This document shows positions 39,975-51,435 of a stretch of 64,000 bases of DNA, in pieces. The stretch lies in the sequence record SRR20825006_999. One strand, given 5' to 3'. Position 1 is the stretch's first letter; the number at the start of each line of letters is the position of its first letter. The notes under the pieces are model-generated. The model did not search any database. It was not told the DNA's origin and was given only the letters and a program-made list of their open reading frames with translations. The translations under genes were made by a program, and so were the position numbers.

Positions 39975-42005
39975 ATGTCTGATTCTGATACTTTAGATTA
40001 TCTAGCTTCAGTGGATATTAATGAGCTTCCTATGGGTTCATCAATTAAAGCCGAGGCAACTTTTTTCAAGGTTTATTCTCCTAACGCTACTGCCATCGAG
40101 GTTTTTATTTTCGAGAACTATCAAAGTGATAGTTACATGAATCTACATCTTCAGAAACATGATGATGGGAATTGGGTTGGCTCTATAAGAGAGAACTTAA
40201 TTGGTAAGCTTTATGCCTATAAAATTACGCCTCCGGCTGAGCCTACAGAATTCTTTATGGAGACACCTTACTTAATTGCAGACCCTTGGAGTAAACATGT
40301 AACTTCAGTTAATAACTACCTACAGCTCCCAAAAACAAAGATTGTAGGTGATTCAGATTTTGATTGGGAAGATGACACTTTTGCTACCCCTGTGGATCCG
40401 AGAGATCTTATTATTTACGAAACACATATTAAAGATATGGTGGCTCATCCCTCCGCTCGAACATATGTGAATGGGGTTTACAATGACTTTAGAGAAGCTA
40501 TAATTGGTGGTATTAGTCATCTTAAAAGATTGGGTGTCAATGCAGTAGAGTTTTTACCGTTGCATAAATTTGGATACTTCGAACCTCATTTTAATCAACA
40601 TACTCCAGAAGGAATAAAGAATACATGGAACCCTTACTCTAGGAACTATTGGGGATACATGACCTCCTTCTTTCATGCTCCAGAAACCATCTACGCTTCT
40701 GATGCAAGTCTAGAACAAGGAGCAACCATTGGCAAGTCATTAGCTGCCGAAAAAGAGCTTAAAAGCTTAGTGAAAGCTCTCCATAAAGAAAAGATATCGG
40801 TGATAATGGACGTTGTTTATAATCACGCATCCCACTACGATTTAAATCCACTTAAATTTCTAGCTAAAGATCACTACTTCAAACTTGATGAGATTGGTGG
40901 ATTTATTAATGATAGTTGGACGGGTAATGACATCAACACTAGTGCTGAATACTCTCGTAAACTTATAGTAGAGTCTATTCTACATTGGATGAAGGAATAT
41001 CATATTGATGGGTTTAGATTCGACTTAGCTGGCATTATTGATTGGGAAACCATTGAATTAATTAAAACAGAAGCTCAGAAAATTAACCCAAACGTTATCT
41101 TAATTGCGGAACCATGGGGTGGTGATTATAAACCGACAGGCTTTTCTGAAAGGGATTGGCTTTCTTGGAATGATAGGCTCAGAAATGGGTTTAAAGGCTA
41201 CGATCCTATCAATGACAAAGGATTTATTTTTGGTAAATGGAGTAATGGTTCCACACGTTTTGGTATAGAGAATTTCATTCGCGGCACGCTACTAGGCAAT
41301 GACCACGGGTTATTCAGGAGTTCTAAACATTCCGTCAATTATATAGAAAGCCATGATGGGTATACCTTAGGTGATTTTATAAGAATTGCTCTGAACCCTC
41401 ATAAAGCGTCGGAACCCGTTGCTTCAAAAACGAATGCTGTAAAACTAAATAAGCAAGAGTTATCCATTGCAAAGTTTGGTGCTTTAGCCCTCTTTGTTAG
41501 TCAGGGTGTTACAATGATTCACGCTGGTCAAGAGTGGGCTCGATCTAAAATTATAGCCGATAAATCTGGTTTAGACCCTAAAAATGGAATGCTCGATCAC
41601 GACAGCTACAACAAGGATAATGAGACAAATTGGTTAAACTTTAATAACCTAGAGCAGAATAAATCACTATTTAATTATTATAAAGGATTAATTCAACTTA
41701 GATTAAATTCACCAGGTTTAAGAAAAGCAAAACCTCAAGAAATACAGTTTAAAGTATATAAAGACCCTTTGCATATCACTTTTTCAATTTTATGTGATAT
41801 AAATGAAGAACCTTACGAGTATTTTATCTCATTAAATGGTAATCTAAAAAATAAAAACGCAATCGTTCTCCCAGATGGCTTCTGGGAAGTGGTTGTTGAT
41901 TCTGAATCAGCATCTAAATACACCAATTTAAGTGTTGAAAAAACATATATTTTACCACCCATTTCGGGTGTTGTATTAAGAAGGTTGCGAGTAATGCAGT
42001 CTTAA
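39975..42005 (+). CDS. GH13 pullulanase/debranching enzyme with CBM48
   Basis: IYETH, NYWGY, MDVVYNH, DGFRFDLA, AEPW and ESHDG. Confidence 0.9.
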   Translation: MSDSDTLDYLASVDINELPMGSSIKAEATFFKVYSPNATAIEVFIFENYQSDSYMNLHLQKHDDGNWVGSIRENLIGKLYAYKITPPAEPTEFFMETPYLIADPWSKHVTSVNNYLQLPKTKIVGDSDFDWEDDTFATPVDPRDLIIYETHIKDMVAHPSARTYVNGVYNDFREAIIGGISHLKRLGVNAVEFLPLHKFGYFEPHFNQHTPEGIKNTWNPYSRNYWGYMTSFFHAPETIYASDASLEQGATIGKSLAAEKELKSLVKALHKEKISVIMDVVYNHASHYDLNPLKFLAKDHYFKLDEIGGFINDSWTGNDINTSAEYSRKLIVESILHWMKEYHIDGFRFDLAGIIDWETIELIKTEAQKINPNVILIAEPWGGDYKPTGFSERDWLSWNDRLRNGFKGYDPINDKGFIFGKWSNGSTRFGIENFIRGTLLGNDHGLFRSSKHSVNYIESHDGYTLGDFIRIALNPHKASEPVASKTNAVKLNKQELSIAKFGALALFVSQGVTMIHAGQEWARSKIIADKSGLDPKNGMLDHDSYNKDNETNWLNFNNLEQNKSLFNYYKGLIQLRLNSPGLRKAKPQEIQFKVYKDPLHITFSILCDINEEPYEYFISLNGNLKNKNAIVLPDGFWEVVVDSESASKYTNLSVEKTYILPPISGVVLRRLRVMQS

Positions 42006-42041
42006 AATATTTTAATTCGTCAATAAAATTTTAATATCCTA

Positions 42042-43403
42042 TTGGAGGAACATCTTTTGGCAGGTACATCAACAACCGATCGTGGTTCATGGAATTCGAA
42101 ACTAGGCTTTGTATTAGCCGCAGCTGGCTCAGCAGTTGGGCTAGGTAATATTTGGGCATTTCCAACTAAAGTAGCAACAGAAGGCGGCGGTGCCTATCTA
42201 ATAGTTTATTTGATTTGCACTTTTTTGATAGGATTTCCAGTAATGGTAGCTGAATTAGCTATTGGTAGAAAGTCAGGGAAAAATCCAGTTGGGGCTTTTA
42301 AAGCACTCTCAAATAACAAATTTTTCCCTCTAGTAGGTTTATGGGGTGTTATATGCGGGGTAATGATTCTTTCCTTTTATACAGTAATTGCAGGCTGGGC
42401 GTTTGGATTTGCCTTCGAAGAGATATTCTTCTTTTTCGGTTGGGATACTGCAGCTAACTGGCTTACAGATACCAATGATGGATTTCGCAATGCTATTGTA
42501 GCTTCCGCTTTTATGTTTGGTACCATTAAGATTATTACCGGTGGTATTAGCGGTGGAATTGAAAGAGCTACCAAACTTATGATGCCACTATTGATAAGTA
42601 TTATAGTGATCATGATTATCTATGTTTTAACACAACCAGGTGCATCAGAAGGCGTTCGAGAATACTTATTACCTGATTTTTCTAAGATCAATACAAAGCT
42701 GATATTTTCAGCGATGGGACAAGCATTTTTCTCTCTTTCATTGGGAATGGGCGCTTTAATTACGTATGGTTCATACTTAAACAAAAAAGAGAATATCCCG
42801 CAAGCTGCTGCTTTTGTAACATTAGCTGATGTTGGTATTGCTTTTTTAGCTGGTCTTTTAATTCTTCCAGCTATGTATGTAGCAAAAAATGCTGGTATTG
42901 ATATCTTTGTTGGTGATAAACTAGCATCTAGTACAGACCTCGTTTTCCAAATTCTACCGGCTTTATTTCACTCTATTGGTGGAGCTGTAGGTCTTATTTT
43001 GGGAGTTGTATTCTTCCTTCTTCTTAGTATTGCTGCTTTAACTTCAACAATTTCCCTACTTGAAGTTCCTGTATCTTTTGCGATCGATGAATACAAAATT
43101 CCAAGAAAAAAAGCTGCTTGGGGTGTAGGTCTTGGTGTATTAGTTATTTCAGTAATTGTGTCTTTCAACACGCATCTTATTGGAACTTTCGATTACATCT
43201 TTAGCAATCTAGGCTTGCCTATTGGCGGCTTACTTACTTGTGTTTTTGTAGCTTTTGTTTGGAAAACGGACTCTGCACTTACAGAAATGGAGTTTGGATT
43301 CGCAGGAATTCGCCAAACCTTATTTTCTAAAGTTTGGCCGATGTTTATTTATATAGTTTGCCCTTTAGCAATTATGTATAACATCATTACCAATTTTCTT
43401 TAA
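42042..43403 (+). CDS. Sodium-dependent transporter (NSS/SNF family)
   Basis: AAGSAVGLGNIWAFP and GQAFFSLSLGMG. Confidence 0.95.
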   Translation: MEEHLLAGTSTTDRGSWNSKLGFVLAAAGSAVGLGNIWAFPTKVATEGGGAYLIVYLICTFLIGFPVMVAELAIGRKSGKNPVGAFKALSNNKFFPLVGLWGVICGVMILSFYTVIAGWAFGFAFEEIFFFFGWDTAANWLTDTNDGFRNAIVASAFMFGTIKIITGGISGGIERATKLMMPLLISIIVIMIIYVLTQPGASEGVREYLLPDFSKINTKLIFSAMGQAFFSLSLGMGALITYGSYLNKKENIPQAAAFVTLADVGIAFLAGLLILPAMYVAKNAGIDIFVGDKLASSTDLVFQILPALFHSIGGAVGLILGVVFFLLLSIAALTSTISLLEVPVSFAIDEYKIPRKKAAWGVGLGVLVISVIVSFNTHLIGTFDYIFSNLGLPIGGLLTCVFVAFVWKTDSALTEMEFGFAGIRQTLFSKVWPMFIYIVCPLAIMYNIITNFL

Positions 43404-43432
43404 TTAAGCTTGTTATCGAAAGAGGCAGGTGG

Positions 43433-43440
43433 TATTTTTG
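43433..43440 (+). promoter_or_regulatory. Putative -7 promoter element (TAnnTTTG) of the efp operon
   Basis: TATTTTTG 28 nt upstream of the efp ATG. Confidence 0.45.
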
Positions 43441-43468
43441 ACTAACTAAAAAACAGAGATTAAAATAT

Positions 43469-44038
43469 ATGTCAAAAGTTTCTACATCAGATTTCAGAAA
43501 TGGACTTGTTCTGAATATGGATGGTGATTTGTACTCAATTACTGAGTTTCAACATGTAAAGCCTGGAAAAGGGCCTGCATTTGTACGAACTAAACTAAAA
43601 GGTATTGTAAACGGCAAGAATATAGATAAAACATGGCGTTCTGGTGAGAATACTGAATCTGTCCGTGTTGAAACTCGCGAATATCAGTATTTATATAATG
43701 ACGCTGATATGTACTATTTTATGAATAATGAAACCTTTGAACAAATTCCTATCATGCCCGCTCAAGTTGAGCGTGAAGATTTTTTAGTCGAAGGTCAAAA
43801 CTGTTTAGTTGTTTTTAATGCTGATGATGAGAGGGTACTATACGCTCAGCCACCTGACCAATTAGTTTTAACAATAAGTCAGACAGACCCCGGGTTTAAG
43901 GGCGATACTGCTCAGGGCGGTACTAAGCCCGCAACATTAGAGTCTGGTGCTATAATAAATGTCCCTCTTTTTATAACTCAGGGCGAAAAAATTAAAGTTG
44001 ATACAAGAACACGTACTTATCTAGAACGAGCTAAATAA
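43469..44038 (+). CDS. efp: Elongation factor P
   Basis: HVKPGKGPAFVR, PGFKGDT, KPATLESG and VPLFI. Confidence 0.97.
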   Translation: MSKVSTSDFRNGLVLNMDGDLYSITEFQHVKPGKGPAFVRTKLKGIVNGKNIDKTWRSGENTESVRVETREYQYLYNDADMYYFMNNETFEQIPIMPAQVEREDFLVEGQNCLVVFNADDERVLYAQPPDQLVLTISQTDPGFKGDTAQGGTKPATLESGAIINVPLFITQGEKIKVDTRTRTYLERAK

Positions 44039-44044
44039 CTTATC

Positions 44045-44518
44045 ATGGATTTAAAACTCATAAAGAATATTCTTACTCTCATCTCAGAAAGCGAAGTTGA
44101 TGAGGTTTCAATTGAAGAAGGCGACTTTAAAATTAAAGTTAAAAAAACTGGCACTATAGAGCAGATTACTTACGCACAGCCTGTTCAGCAGGGTAATTAT
44201 CCTATTCAACCAACTGCACCTCAAGCACCAGCTGCTCCTTCTGTAGCTACAGAAGAAGCACCGAGCGTTGCTCCTATTGGCGAAACTGTAAAATCTCCTA
44301 TCGTTGGTACTTACTATAAATCACCATCCCCGGATTCAGATCCATTTATTCAAGTTGGCGACAAAGTAAGCAAAGGACAAACACTCTGTATTATTGAGGC
44401 GATGAAGATAATGAATGAGATTGAGGCAGACTTTGCTGGTACTCTCGTAGATATAATAGTATCAGACGGCCAAGCTGTAGAATACGATCAACCATTATTT
44501 GTCATCAAAAAAGACTAA
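44045..44518 (+). CDS. accB: Acetyl-CoA carboxylase biotin carboxyl carrier protein
   Basis: [17 protein letters not shown] and a Pro/Ala linker. Confidence 0.96.
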   Translation: MDLKLIKNILTLISESEVDEVSIEEGDFKIKVKKTGTIEQITYAQPVQQGNYPIQPTAPQAPAAPSVATEEAPSVAPIGETVKSPIVGTYYKSPSPDSDPFIQVGDKVSKGQTLCIIEAMKIMNEIEADFAGTLVDIIVSDGQAVEYDQPLFVIKKD

Positions 44519-44527
44519 CACTTAGTT

Positions 44528-45880
44528 ATGTTCAAAAAGATTCTAATTGCTAATCGTGGTGAAATCGCCTTACGAATTATCCGTACATGTAGAGAGATGG
44601 GTATTAGTACTGTTGCCGTTTATTCCACCGCAGACGCAGAAAGCCTTCATGTAAAATTCGCTGATGAAGCCGTTTGCATTGGCCCCCCTTCTAGTAAAGA
44701 AAGTTATTTAAAGATTCCGAGTATTCTTGCTGCAGCAGAAATTACTAATGCGGAAGCAATTCATCCTGGTTATGGTTTCTTAGCTGAGAATGCTGAGTTT
44801 TCTAGAATTTGTGCTGAACACGATATTAAGTTTATTGGACCTTCTCCTGAAGCTATTAATTCCATGGGAGATAAAGCTGTAGCAAAGGCAACAATGATCA
44901 ACAACAAAGTACCAGTTGTACCTGGAAGTGATGGCGTTGTTGAAAGTTATGATCAAGCAAAAATAGTTTGTGATGAGATTGGCTTTCCTGTTATCATCAA
45001 AGCTTCTGCTGGCGGCGGCGGCCGTGGGATGCGTGTAGTTCTTAATGGCGAAGAGTTAAAGAAGAACTACGAAATGTGTAGAAGTGAAGCTGAAACTGCT
45101 TTTAATAACGCAGCTGTTTATATAGAGCGCTTTGTTAAAGATCCTCATCACGTTGAGATTCAAGTTTTGGCAGACCAACACGGAAATGCAGTACATCTTG
45201 GTGAACGAGACTGCTCTCTTCAGCGTAGACATCAGAAAGTTTTAGAAGAAGCTCCTTCCCCACTTATGACGACTGAACTTCGTGAAAGAATGGGAACGGC
45301 AGCCGTTAACGCTGCAAAGTCTGTTAACTACGAAGGAGCAGGTACCGTAGAATTTTTGGTAGATGACCAAAAGAACTTCTACTTCATGGAAATGAATACT
45401 CGTATTCAAGTTGAGCATCCAGTAACCGAAGAAGTAACTGGGTTTGACCTTATTGAGCAGCAAATTCGTATCGCAAATGGCGAGGTAATCTCGAATATAA
45501 ATGCTGAAGTAACTGGCCATTCTATTGAGTGTAGAATAAATGCTGAAGACCCAGCTCACAATTTTCGCCCATCAGCTGGTGTAATTACAGTTTTTCATCC
45601 TCCAGGTGGACACGGTGTTCGCTTAGATACTCATGCTTATGCTGGTTATAGAATTCCTTCTAACTATGATTCTATGATTGCAAAACTAATTGTAAAAGCT
45701 CCAACCCGAGCCGCTGCTATTAGTAAAATGAAACGATCGCTTAAGGAATTCATTATCGAAGGTGTAAAAACAACGATACCTTATCATATTCAACTAATGG
45801 ACGATCCCAATTTTATTAAGGGTGAGTTCACCACAAAATATCTTGAAAATAGCTTCAAATTTATACCGGGGGAAAACTAA
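44528..45880 (+). CDS. accC: Acetyl-CoA carboxylase biotin carboxylase subunit
   Basis: [37 protein letters not shown] and [10 protein letters not shown]. Confidence 0.97.
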   Translation: MFKKILIANRGEIALRIIRTCREMGISTVAVYSTADAESLHVKFADEAVCIGPPSSKESYLKIPSILAAAEITNAEAIHPGYGFLAENAEFSRICAEHDIKFIGPSPEAINSMGDKAVAKATMINNKVPVVPGSDGVVESYDQAKIVCDEIGFPVIIKASAGGGGRGMRVVLNGEELKKNYEMCRSEAETAFNNAAVYIERFVKDPHHVEIQVLADQHGNAVHLGERDCSLQRRHQKVLEEAPSPLMTTELRERMGTAAVNAAKSVNYEGAGTVEFLVDDQKNFYFMEMNTRIQVEHPVTEEVTGFDLIEQQIRIANGEVISNINAEVTGHSIECRINAEDPAHNFRPSAGVITVFHPPGGHGVRLDTHAYAGYRIPSNYDSMIAKLIVKAPTRAAAISKMKRSLKEFIIEGVKTTIPYHIQLMDDPNFIKGEFTTKYLENSFKFIPGEN

Positions 45881-46260
45881 TGAATACACCAGCAGATCTA
45901 AAATACACTAAAGAACACGAGTGGATTAAAGATAACGGAGATGGCTCTGTTACCGTTGGTATCACTGAGTTTGCACAAAGCGAATTAGGCGATATTGTTT
46001 TTGTTGAACTAGAAGATACTGGTTTCGAATTTTCTGCAGATGATATTTTTGGTACTGTAGAAGCCGTTAAAACCGTTTCCGAATTGTTTGCTCCTATTGA
46101 CGGAGAAATTATAGAAGTTAATGAAGCTCTTGAAGATAACCCTGAGCTTGTTAATCAAGACCCTTATGGTGGAGGTTGGATGGTTAAAATGAAAGTATCC
46201 GACGCCTCTCAAATTGAAGCACTACTAAGTGCCGACGAATATTCAGAAATTACAGCTTAA
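45880..46260 (+). CDS. gcvH: Glycine cleavage system H protein
   Basis: [27 protein letters not shown] (lipoyl Lys) and PYGGGW. Confidence 0.97.
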   Translation: MNTPADLKYTKEHEWIKDNGDGSVTVGITEFAQSELGDIVFVELEDTGFEFSADDIFGTVEAVKTVSELFAPIDGEIIEVNEALEDNPELVNQDPYGGGWMVKMKVSDASQIEALLSADEYSEITA

Positions 46261-46277
46261 TCATTTTATAAAATTTA

Positions 46278-47825
46278 ATGAGTCGACATAACGAATGGAT
46301 TTTAATCCTTGACTACGGTTCACAATTCACTCAATTAATTGCTCGCCGTTTACGTGAGTTTAATATTTATTGTGAAATTCATTCCTATAATGTTGAGCTG
46401 GATTTAGTTTCAAGCCCAAAACCTATGGGAGTTATACTTGCGGGAAGTCCCAAAAGTGTAAATGATAACGATGCACCTCACTTTCAGACAGATATATTTG
46501 AATGGGATGTCCCTATTTTGGGTGTATGCTATGGGCTTCAACTTCTAGCGCACCTAGAGATACCTGGTAGTGTAGAAAAAGCAGAAAAACGTGAATACGG
46601 GCGAGCTCATCTAATTGTAGATAATAGCCAAGACTTACTAAAAGGTGTAGCTAACGACTCTACCGTATGGATGAGTCACGGAGATCACATCCAAAAGCTC
46701 TCTCCTTCTTATGAAGTGATTGCTCACACCAACAATGCGCATGTAGCAGCTGTTAAACATACTAATAAGTCTATTTATGGGGTTCAATTTCATCCTGAAG
46801 TAGCTCATACGGAATGTGGTAAGCAGATTCTCCAAAACTTTGCATTCAATATTTGTGGCTTAGCTGGCGATTGGACGGCTACATCTTTTATTGATGAGCA
46901 AATCGAAGCTATAAGAACTCAAGTTGGAAGCGACAAGGTTCTTTGTGCATTATCTGGCGGTGTAGACTCTACTGTAGTTGCAACTTTAATTCATAAAGCT
47001 ATTGGTGACCAGCTAGAATGTGTTTTCGTAGACAATGGTTTACTTCGTAAAAATGAATTTGAAGATGTTCTTCATTTATACACAAGAGATCTTAACCTTC
47101 CTGTTCGTGGAGTTGATGCTTCGGAGTTATTTCTTTCTAGACTAACTGGAAAATCTGACCCCGAGGAAAAACGTAAGATTATTGGAAATACATTTATTGA
47201 CGTTTTTGAGGAAGAGATTGGAGATAATTCTGATTTCAAATTCTTAGCACAGGGTACTTTATATCCTGACGTTATTGAAAGTGTATCTTTTAAAGGTCCT
47301 TCGGCTACAATAAAATCTCATCATAATGTTGGTGGATTGCCTGAAAAGATGAAATTAGCTCTAATTGAGCCTGTTAGAGAGCTTTTTAAAGATGAAGTTA
47401 GAGAAGTTGGTCGAGCATTGGGAATTCCGGAACATTTTATAGCCCGACACCCCTTCCCAGGGCCTGGATTAGGAATCCGTGTTATTGGTGAATTGAGTAA
47501 AGAACGCTTTGATTTACTTCGGAATGCTGATGAAATCTTCATTGAAGAGCTGAAAGCTCAAAATCTATACAACGAAGTTTGGCAAGCTCTTGCTATCCTT
47601 CTACCAGTACAGAGTGTAGGTGTAATGGGTGATGAAAGAACTTATGAATTTACCATAGCTTTACGTGCAGTAACTAGTGTTGATGGGATGACCGCTGATT
47701 GGGCGAAACTCCCATATGATTTCTTGGCCCACGTCTCAGGTCGAATTATCAATGAAGTTAAAGGAATTAATAGAGTGGTTTACGATATTAGTTCTAAACC
47801 ACCCGCTACCATAGAGTGGGAATAG
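46278..47825 (+). CDS. guaA: GMP synthase (glutamine-hydrolysing)
   Basis: [34 protein letters not shown] and KPPATIEWE. Confidence 0.98.
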   Translation: MSRHNEWILILDYGSQFTQLIARRLREFNIYCEIHSYNVELDLVSSPKPMGVILAGSPKSVNDNDAPHFQTDIFEWDVPILGVCYGLQLLAHLEIPGSVEKAEKREYGRAHLIVDNSQDLLKGVANDSTVWMSHGDHIQKLSPSYEVIAHTNNAHVAAVKHTNKSIYGVQFHPEVAHTECGKQILQNFAFNICGLAGDWTATSFIDEQIEAIRTQVGSDKVLCALSGGVDSTVVATLIHKAIGDQLECVFVDNGLLRKNEFEDVLHLYTRDLNLPVRGVDASELFLSRLTGKSDPEEKRKIIGNTFIDVFEEEIGDNSDFKFLAQGTLYPDVIESVSFKGPSATIKSHHNVGGLPEKMKLALIEPVRELFKDEVREVGRALGIPEHFIARHPFPGPGLGIRVIGELSKERFDLLRNADEIFIEELKAQNLYNEVWQALAILLPVQSVGVMGDERTYEFTIALRAVTSVDGMTADWAKLPYDFLAHVSGRIINEVKGINRVVYDISSKPPATIEWE

Positions 47826-47885
47826 TTACGAGAACATTTAGCTCACTTTTTAGTTAAACTTTCCGAACCCAAATTCCAGTTTATC

Positions 47886-49592
47886 ATGAATCGTATATCA
47901 GCTTTAGTACTTTCTTTATTTTTGTTATTTCCACTCGGTCTTGTCGCTCAGAATTTAGAGATTGGACGCACCCTATTTCAAAATGGTGATTACGAACGAG
48001 CCGCAAGATTCTTTGATCAAATGGAATCCCCTGAAGCAAATCTATATTCAGGCAAAAGCTACTTTTCTTTGGGTCAGCTACTGAAGGCTAAGCATTATTT
48101 AAATCAAGCAAATATTAATGCTAGCTCTGTAAATGTTAAACAAGAAGCTCAGTATACACTTGCACTTGTTTACTTTCAACTTGATGATTTTTATGCATCT
48201 TTAGAAAATTTGTATGCCTTAAAACAAAGTAATTCCGCTTCGGTTTTTAATACAAAGGCAGAATTGCTATATAATCAGATACTCAACTACGTAAGTATAT
48301 CACAGCTATACGAGATATTCAACAGATCTAACAATGACAACATCCGATTTGATTTATTATCAGCATCAATTGGAAGATTTGAATATTCAACAGCTAAAAC
48401 AGTATTTGAGAAGTTTAAAAATAACGTTGTTAATTTTAACGAGAATCGACTTTTCCAAATTGAGGAAGATTTAAGTGACTCCTTAATCTATCGTCAAAAA
48501 TACACTGAAAAGAAATATCCTTCTGCTCCGAGTGGAATTCTCTACAAAATAGGCGTAGCTCTCCCCCATTTCGAGTTTGATTCGGATGAATATGAAATAT
48601 CTCAACATTTATATTTTGGAATACAAATTGCTATTGAGGAGTACAATGCATCTAACACAGATAAAAAGGTATTTTTAAAATATAGAGATACCAATATTAA
48701 TGTTAACAGCCCAGCTGAAGCTTTAAACAAGCTAGTTTGGGATGACGATGTGGATGTAATTATTGGTCCTTTATTTTCTGAAGTAGCACAAAAATTTTCG
48801 AAATTATCAGAAGAGTATGAAGTTCCAGTGCTTACTCCATTAGCTAATTCCGATTCATTAAATATTGATGACAATTTTCTTTTTCAGCTTAACCCAACTT
48901 TCGCTGTTCGTGGAATAAAAATGGCTCAATACGCGGTAAATGTTCTAAAACTAGATACACTAGCCGTACTTGCTGAAAAAAACTCCCTTGGGGAAGCATC
49001 AGCGTATGGATTTTTAAATGAAGCTCAACGACTTGGAGCTGTTGTTCAACATTTCTTTGTAGAAGACTTAGAAAGTGATGGCTATTCTATTTTGCAATAC
49101 ACTCAAAAATTTTCGAAATCTGATACTCTTGATCAATCACCTGGCTTAAAAGCCATTTATGCGCCTTTTACAGGCGCTGTTTCTTCATCTCTCATACAAT
49201 CACTTATTACTGATTTGGAAGCCTCTAGAAGCGATTACATACTTTTAGGCTCGGAAGAATGGAGAGACATCGAGCTTTCTGGCCGACGATTGCCAGGAAC
49301 TAGCATTTATTACTCTCAGAGTTTTAATACTTCTGAAACAACTTCAAAAGAAGCCGAAAATTTCAAAAGCGCTTTTCGTCTTCGTTTCCAGATTGAGGCT
49401 AATCAATTTGCATTTATCGGTTATGACGCGGCTAGTCTAATTCTTAAAATTCTCGATGAAGTTGAAAATCCCGATTATTTGAAAGAGGGCCTAAGAAATC
49501 TTAACTACTATAAAGGTTTGAGCACAAAAGTGAGTTTCTCTGGTAACCATATTAACCAGAATGTAGAAGTGAATTCCATAACACAGTTCTAG
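47886..49592 (+). CDS. TPR plus periplasmic-binding-protein type 1 fold protein (LpoA/LppC-like)
   Basis: Signal peptide, N-terminal TPRs, KIGVALP, IIGPLFS and GYDAA. Confidence 0.7.
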   Translation: MNRISALVLSLFLLFPLGLVAQNLEIGRTLFQNGDYERAARFFDQMESPEANLYSGKSYFSLGQLLKAKHYLNQANINASSVNVKQEAQYTLALVYFQLDDFYASLENLYALKQSNSASVFNTKAELLYNQILNYVSISQLYEIFNRSNNDNIRFDLLSASIGRFEYSTAKTVFEKFKNNVVNFNENRLFQIEEDLSDSLIYRQKYTEKKYPSAPSGILYKIGVALPHFEFDSDEYEISQHLYFGIQIAIEEYNASNTDKKVFLKYRDTNINVNSPAEALNKLVWDDDVDVIIGPLFSEVAQKFSKLSEEYEVPVLTPLANSDSLNIDDNFLFQLNPTFAVRGIKMAQYAVNVLKLDTLAVLAEKNSLGEASAYGFLNEAQRLGAVVQHFFVEDLESDGYSILQYTQKFSKSDTLDQSPGLKAIYAPFTGAVSSSLIQSLITDLEASRSDYILLGSEEWRDIELSGRRLPGTSIYYSQSFNTSETTSKEAENFKSAFRLRFQIEANQFAFIGYDAASLILKILDEVENPDYLKEGLRNLNYYKGLSTKVSFSGNHINQNVEVNSITQF

Positions 49593-49599
49593 AGTTTAC

Positions 49600-50679
49600 T
49601 TATTGAGAAGCTGAAGTAGAATCCTCGGATTCTCTTTGCCGTTTGATTCTATATTGCCTTTGTAACCACTTTCTCCACTTTTCACTTTCTATTTGGTGCT
49701 CCTTAAATGTTCGAGTAAAAACATGCCCCCCCTCAGGATTTGCAACCATATATATATAATTATGTTGTTCTGGGAATAGTGTTGCCTCTATAGTATTTAA
49801 ACTCGGATTTGTGATAGCTCCTGGTGGTAATCCTATATTAACGTAGGTGTTAAAGGGATGATTGAATGAATAATCTTTAAAAAGTAACCGTCTTCTTTGT
49901 CCTAAAGCAAAGTTCACTGTGGGATCGGCCTGTAGATACATTCTCTTTTTAATTCTATTCCAATAAAGACCACTTATGATTGGTTTTTCTTCTACTATAC
50001 TAGCTTCCCATTCAACAATAGATGCCATAGCTACAACTTCATCTATACTATAACCTAATTCAGTAGCTCTTTCGTTATATGGCTTCGAAACTCGTTCATT
50101 AAACTCATCAAGTATTTTTCTTAAAACGCTCTCAGGTGATGTAGTCCAATACATACTGTAAGTGTCAGGAAGCATTCTACCAAATAACTGTTCTTTATTT
50201 AGTTTCAGTTTATACAAAAAAGTTGAATCACTCAGCTGGGCCATTACTTGGGTGCTATCTATGTTTAACGAATTAGACAAACTATTTGCGAATCGACCTG
50301 CATTAATACCCGGTAAAATCGTCACATTTACTGGATCTTGAATACCAAGTGCAATCTTAGAGAATAACTCTTCATACGGATATGTTCCTTTCAAATAATA
50401 ATGTCCTTGCTGGAAAGAACGCCAGCCTAGTAAACGGCTTGCCCATCGAAAAGCTTCCTCATCAAAGTTAGCGTCTTCATTTTTAAGATGATCTATTAAT
50501 CCATCAAGCCCAGTATTTGATTCAAGATAAACATGTATACCTTCTTCAAAATTAATAGCATATGAAGACTCAAGACGTGAATATCTTGAAACGAAAACAA
50601 GTACAAAAAAAACAGTTATAAGTAAAGCACCCGCTAGAGCTTCCTTTTTTGAAACACCAATATATTGTTCAATATCCAT
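49600..50679 (-). CDS. mltG: Endolytic transglycosylase MltG (YceG)
   Basis: PDTY, ASIVEWEA, NRIKKRMYLQADPT, FNTY...GLPPGAI.NP and H.FTRTFKEH. Confidence 0.93.
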   Translation of the reverse strand: MDIEQYIGVSKKEALAGALLITVFFVLVFVSRYSRLESSYAINFEEGIHVYLESNTGLDGLIDHLKNEDANFDEEAFRWASRLLGWRSFQQGHYYLKGTYPYEELFSKIALGIQDPVNVTILPGINAGRFANSLSNSLNIDSTQVMAQLSDSTFLYKLKLNKEQLFGRMLPDTYSMYWTTSPESVLRKILDEFNERVSKPYNERATELGYSIDEVVAMASIVEWEASIVEEKPIISGLYWNRIKKRMYLQADPTVNFALGQRRRLLFKDYSFNHPFNTYVNIGLPPGAITNPSLNTIEATLFPEQHNYIYMVANPEGGHVFTRTFKEHQIESEKWRKWLQRQYRIKRQRESEDSTSASQ

Positions 50680-50762
50680 AAATAAATATACACACAGTAA
50701 ACTTTAAACCCATTATAAAAGACCTTAAAAGAATAAAAAAACAAAAAGTGAAACTCTATATC

Positions 50763-50878
50763 TAAGCCCACGTAATTAAGGCCTGAATTTCATCCGAGCT
50801 TTTGGATGCTTCATAGGCACCAAATGCCCTAAAGAAAAAACCCGGGCTTTGAACGGCTCGGGTTTCTTTTTAAGCCCA
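50763..50878 (+). ncRNA. Candidate structured sRNA or attenuator (hairpins plus intrinsic terminator)
   Basis: GC-richer island in an AT-rich gap: hairpin at 50781-50818 and terminator stem at 50838-50865 followed by CTTTTT. G-U pairs favour the + strand. Confidence 0.45.
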
Positions 50879-51030
50879 TCTCTTGGAATCTTTTTTCTTT
50901 AATTAGTTTATAGTGAAATATTTTAATATTTAATGATATTGTTACTTATTTACGTTAAAACCAATCTTATTTAGAAACGTTTGCGTATTTAAAATCGAAG
51001 CTCTATAAACTCTAGTCCTAAATATATTTT

Positions 51031-51429
51031 ATGTTAAGAAATCTTTCCATTCTAACTCTACTAACTCTACCATTTATAGCTTGTGTAAATAATGTAGAAG
51101 CACAAGAAGAAATTACAGAGTCAATTAGTTATTCTACAAGTATCCAAACGGTTTTTAATCAAAGCTGTGGAGGTAGTGCTTGCCATACTAACGGTGGTAA
51201 GGCGAATGGTATTAGTTTAGCTTCCTACAATGCAGCTATTTCTAGTATGGGCACAAGCTATAGTGGTAAAACAATCATTCCTGGCAATGCTGGTTCAAGT
51301 CCTTTAATTGAAAAAATACGACCTAATCCAACCAAGGGTAGCCAAATGCCCTTAACGGGTTCCAAACTGGATGCCAAACAAGTTGCCATAATCGAGGCTT
51401 GGATTAACCAGGGCGCCCTAAACAACTAG
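51031..51429 (+). CDS. Putative c-type cytochrome lipoprotein (Planctomycete cytochrome C-like)
   Basis: Lipobox FIAC, CGGSACH (CX4CH), PGNAGSS.L, QMP and WINQGA. Confidence 0.7.
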   Translation: MLRNLSILTLLTLPFIACVNNVEAQEEITESISYSTSIQTVFNQSCGGSACHTNGGKANGISLASYNAAISSMGTSYSGKTIIPGNAGSSPLIEKIRPNPTKGSQMPLTGSKLDAKQVAIIEAWINQGALNN

Positions 51430-51435
51430 ATTATA

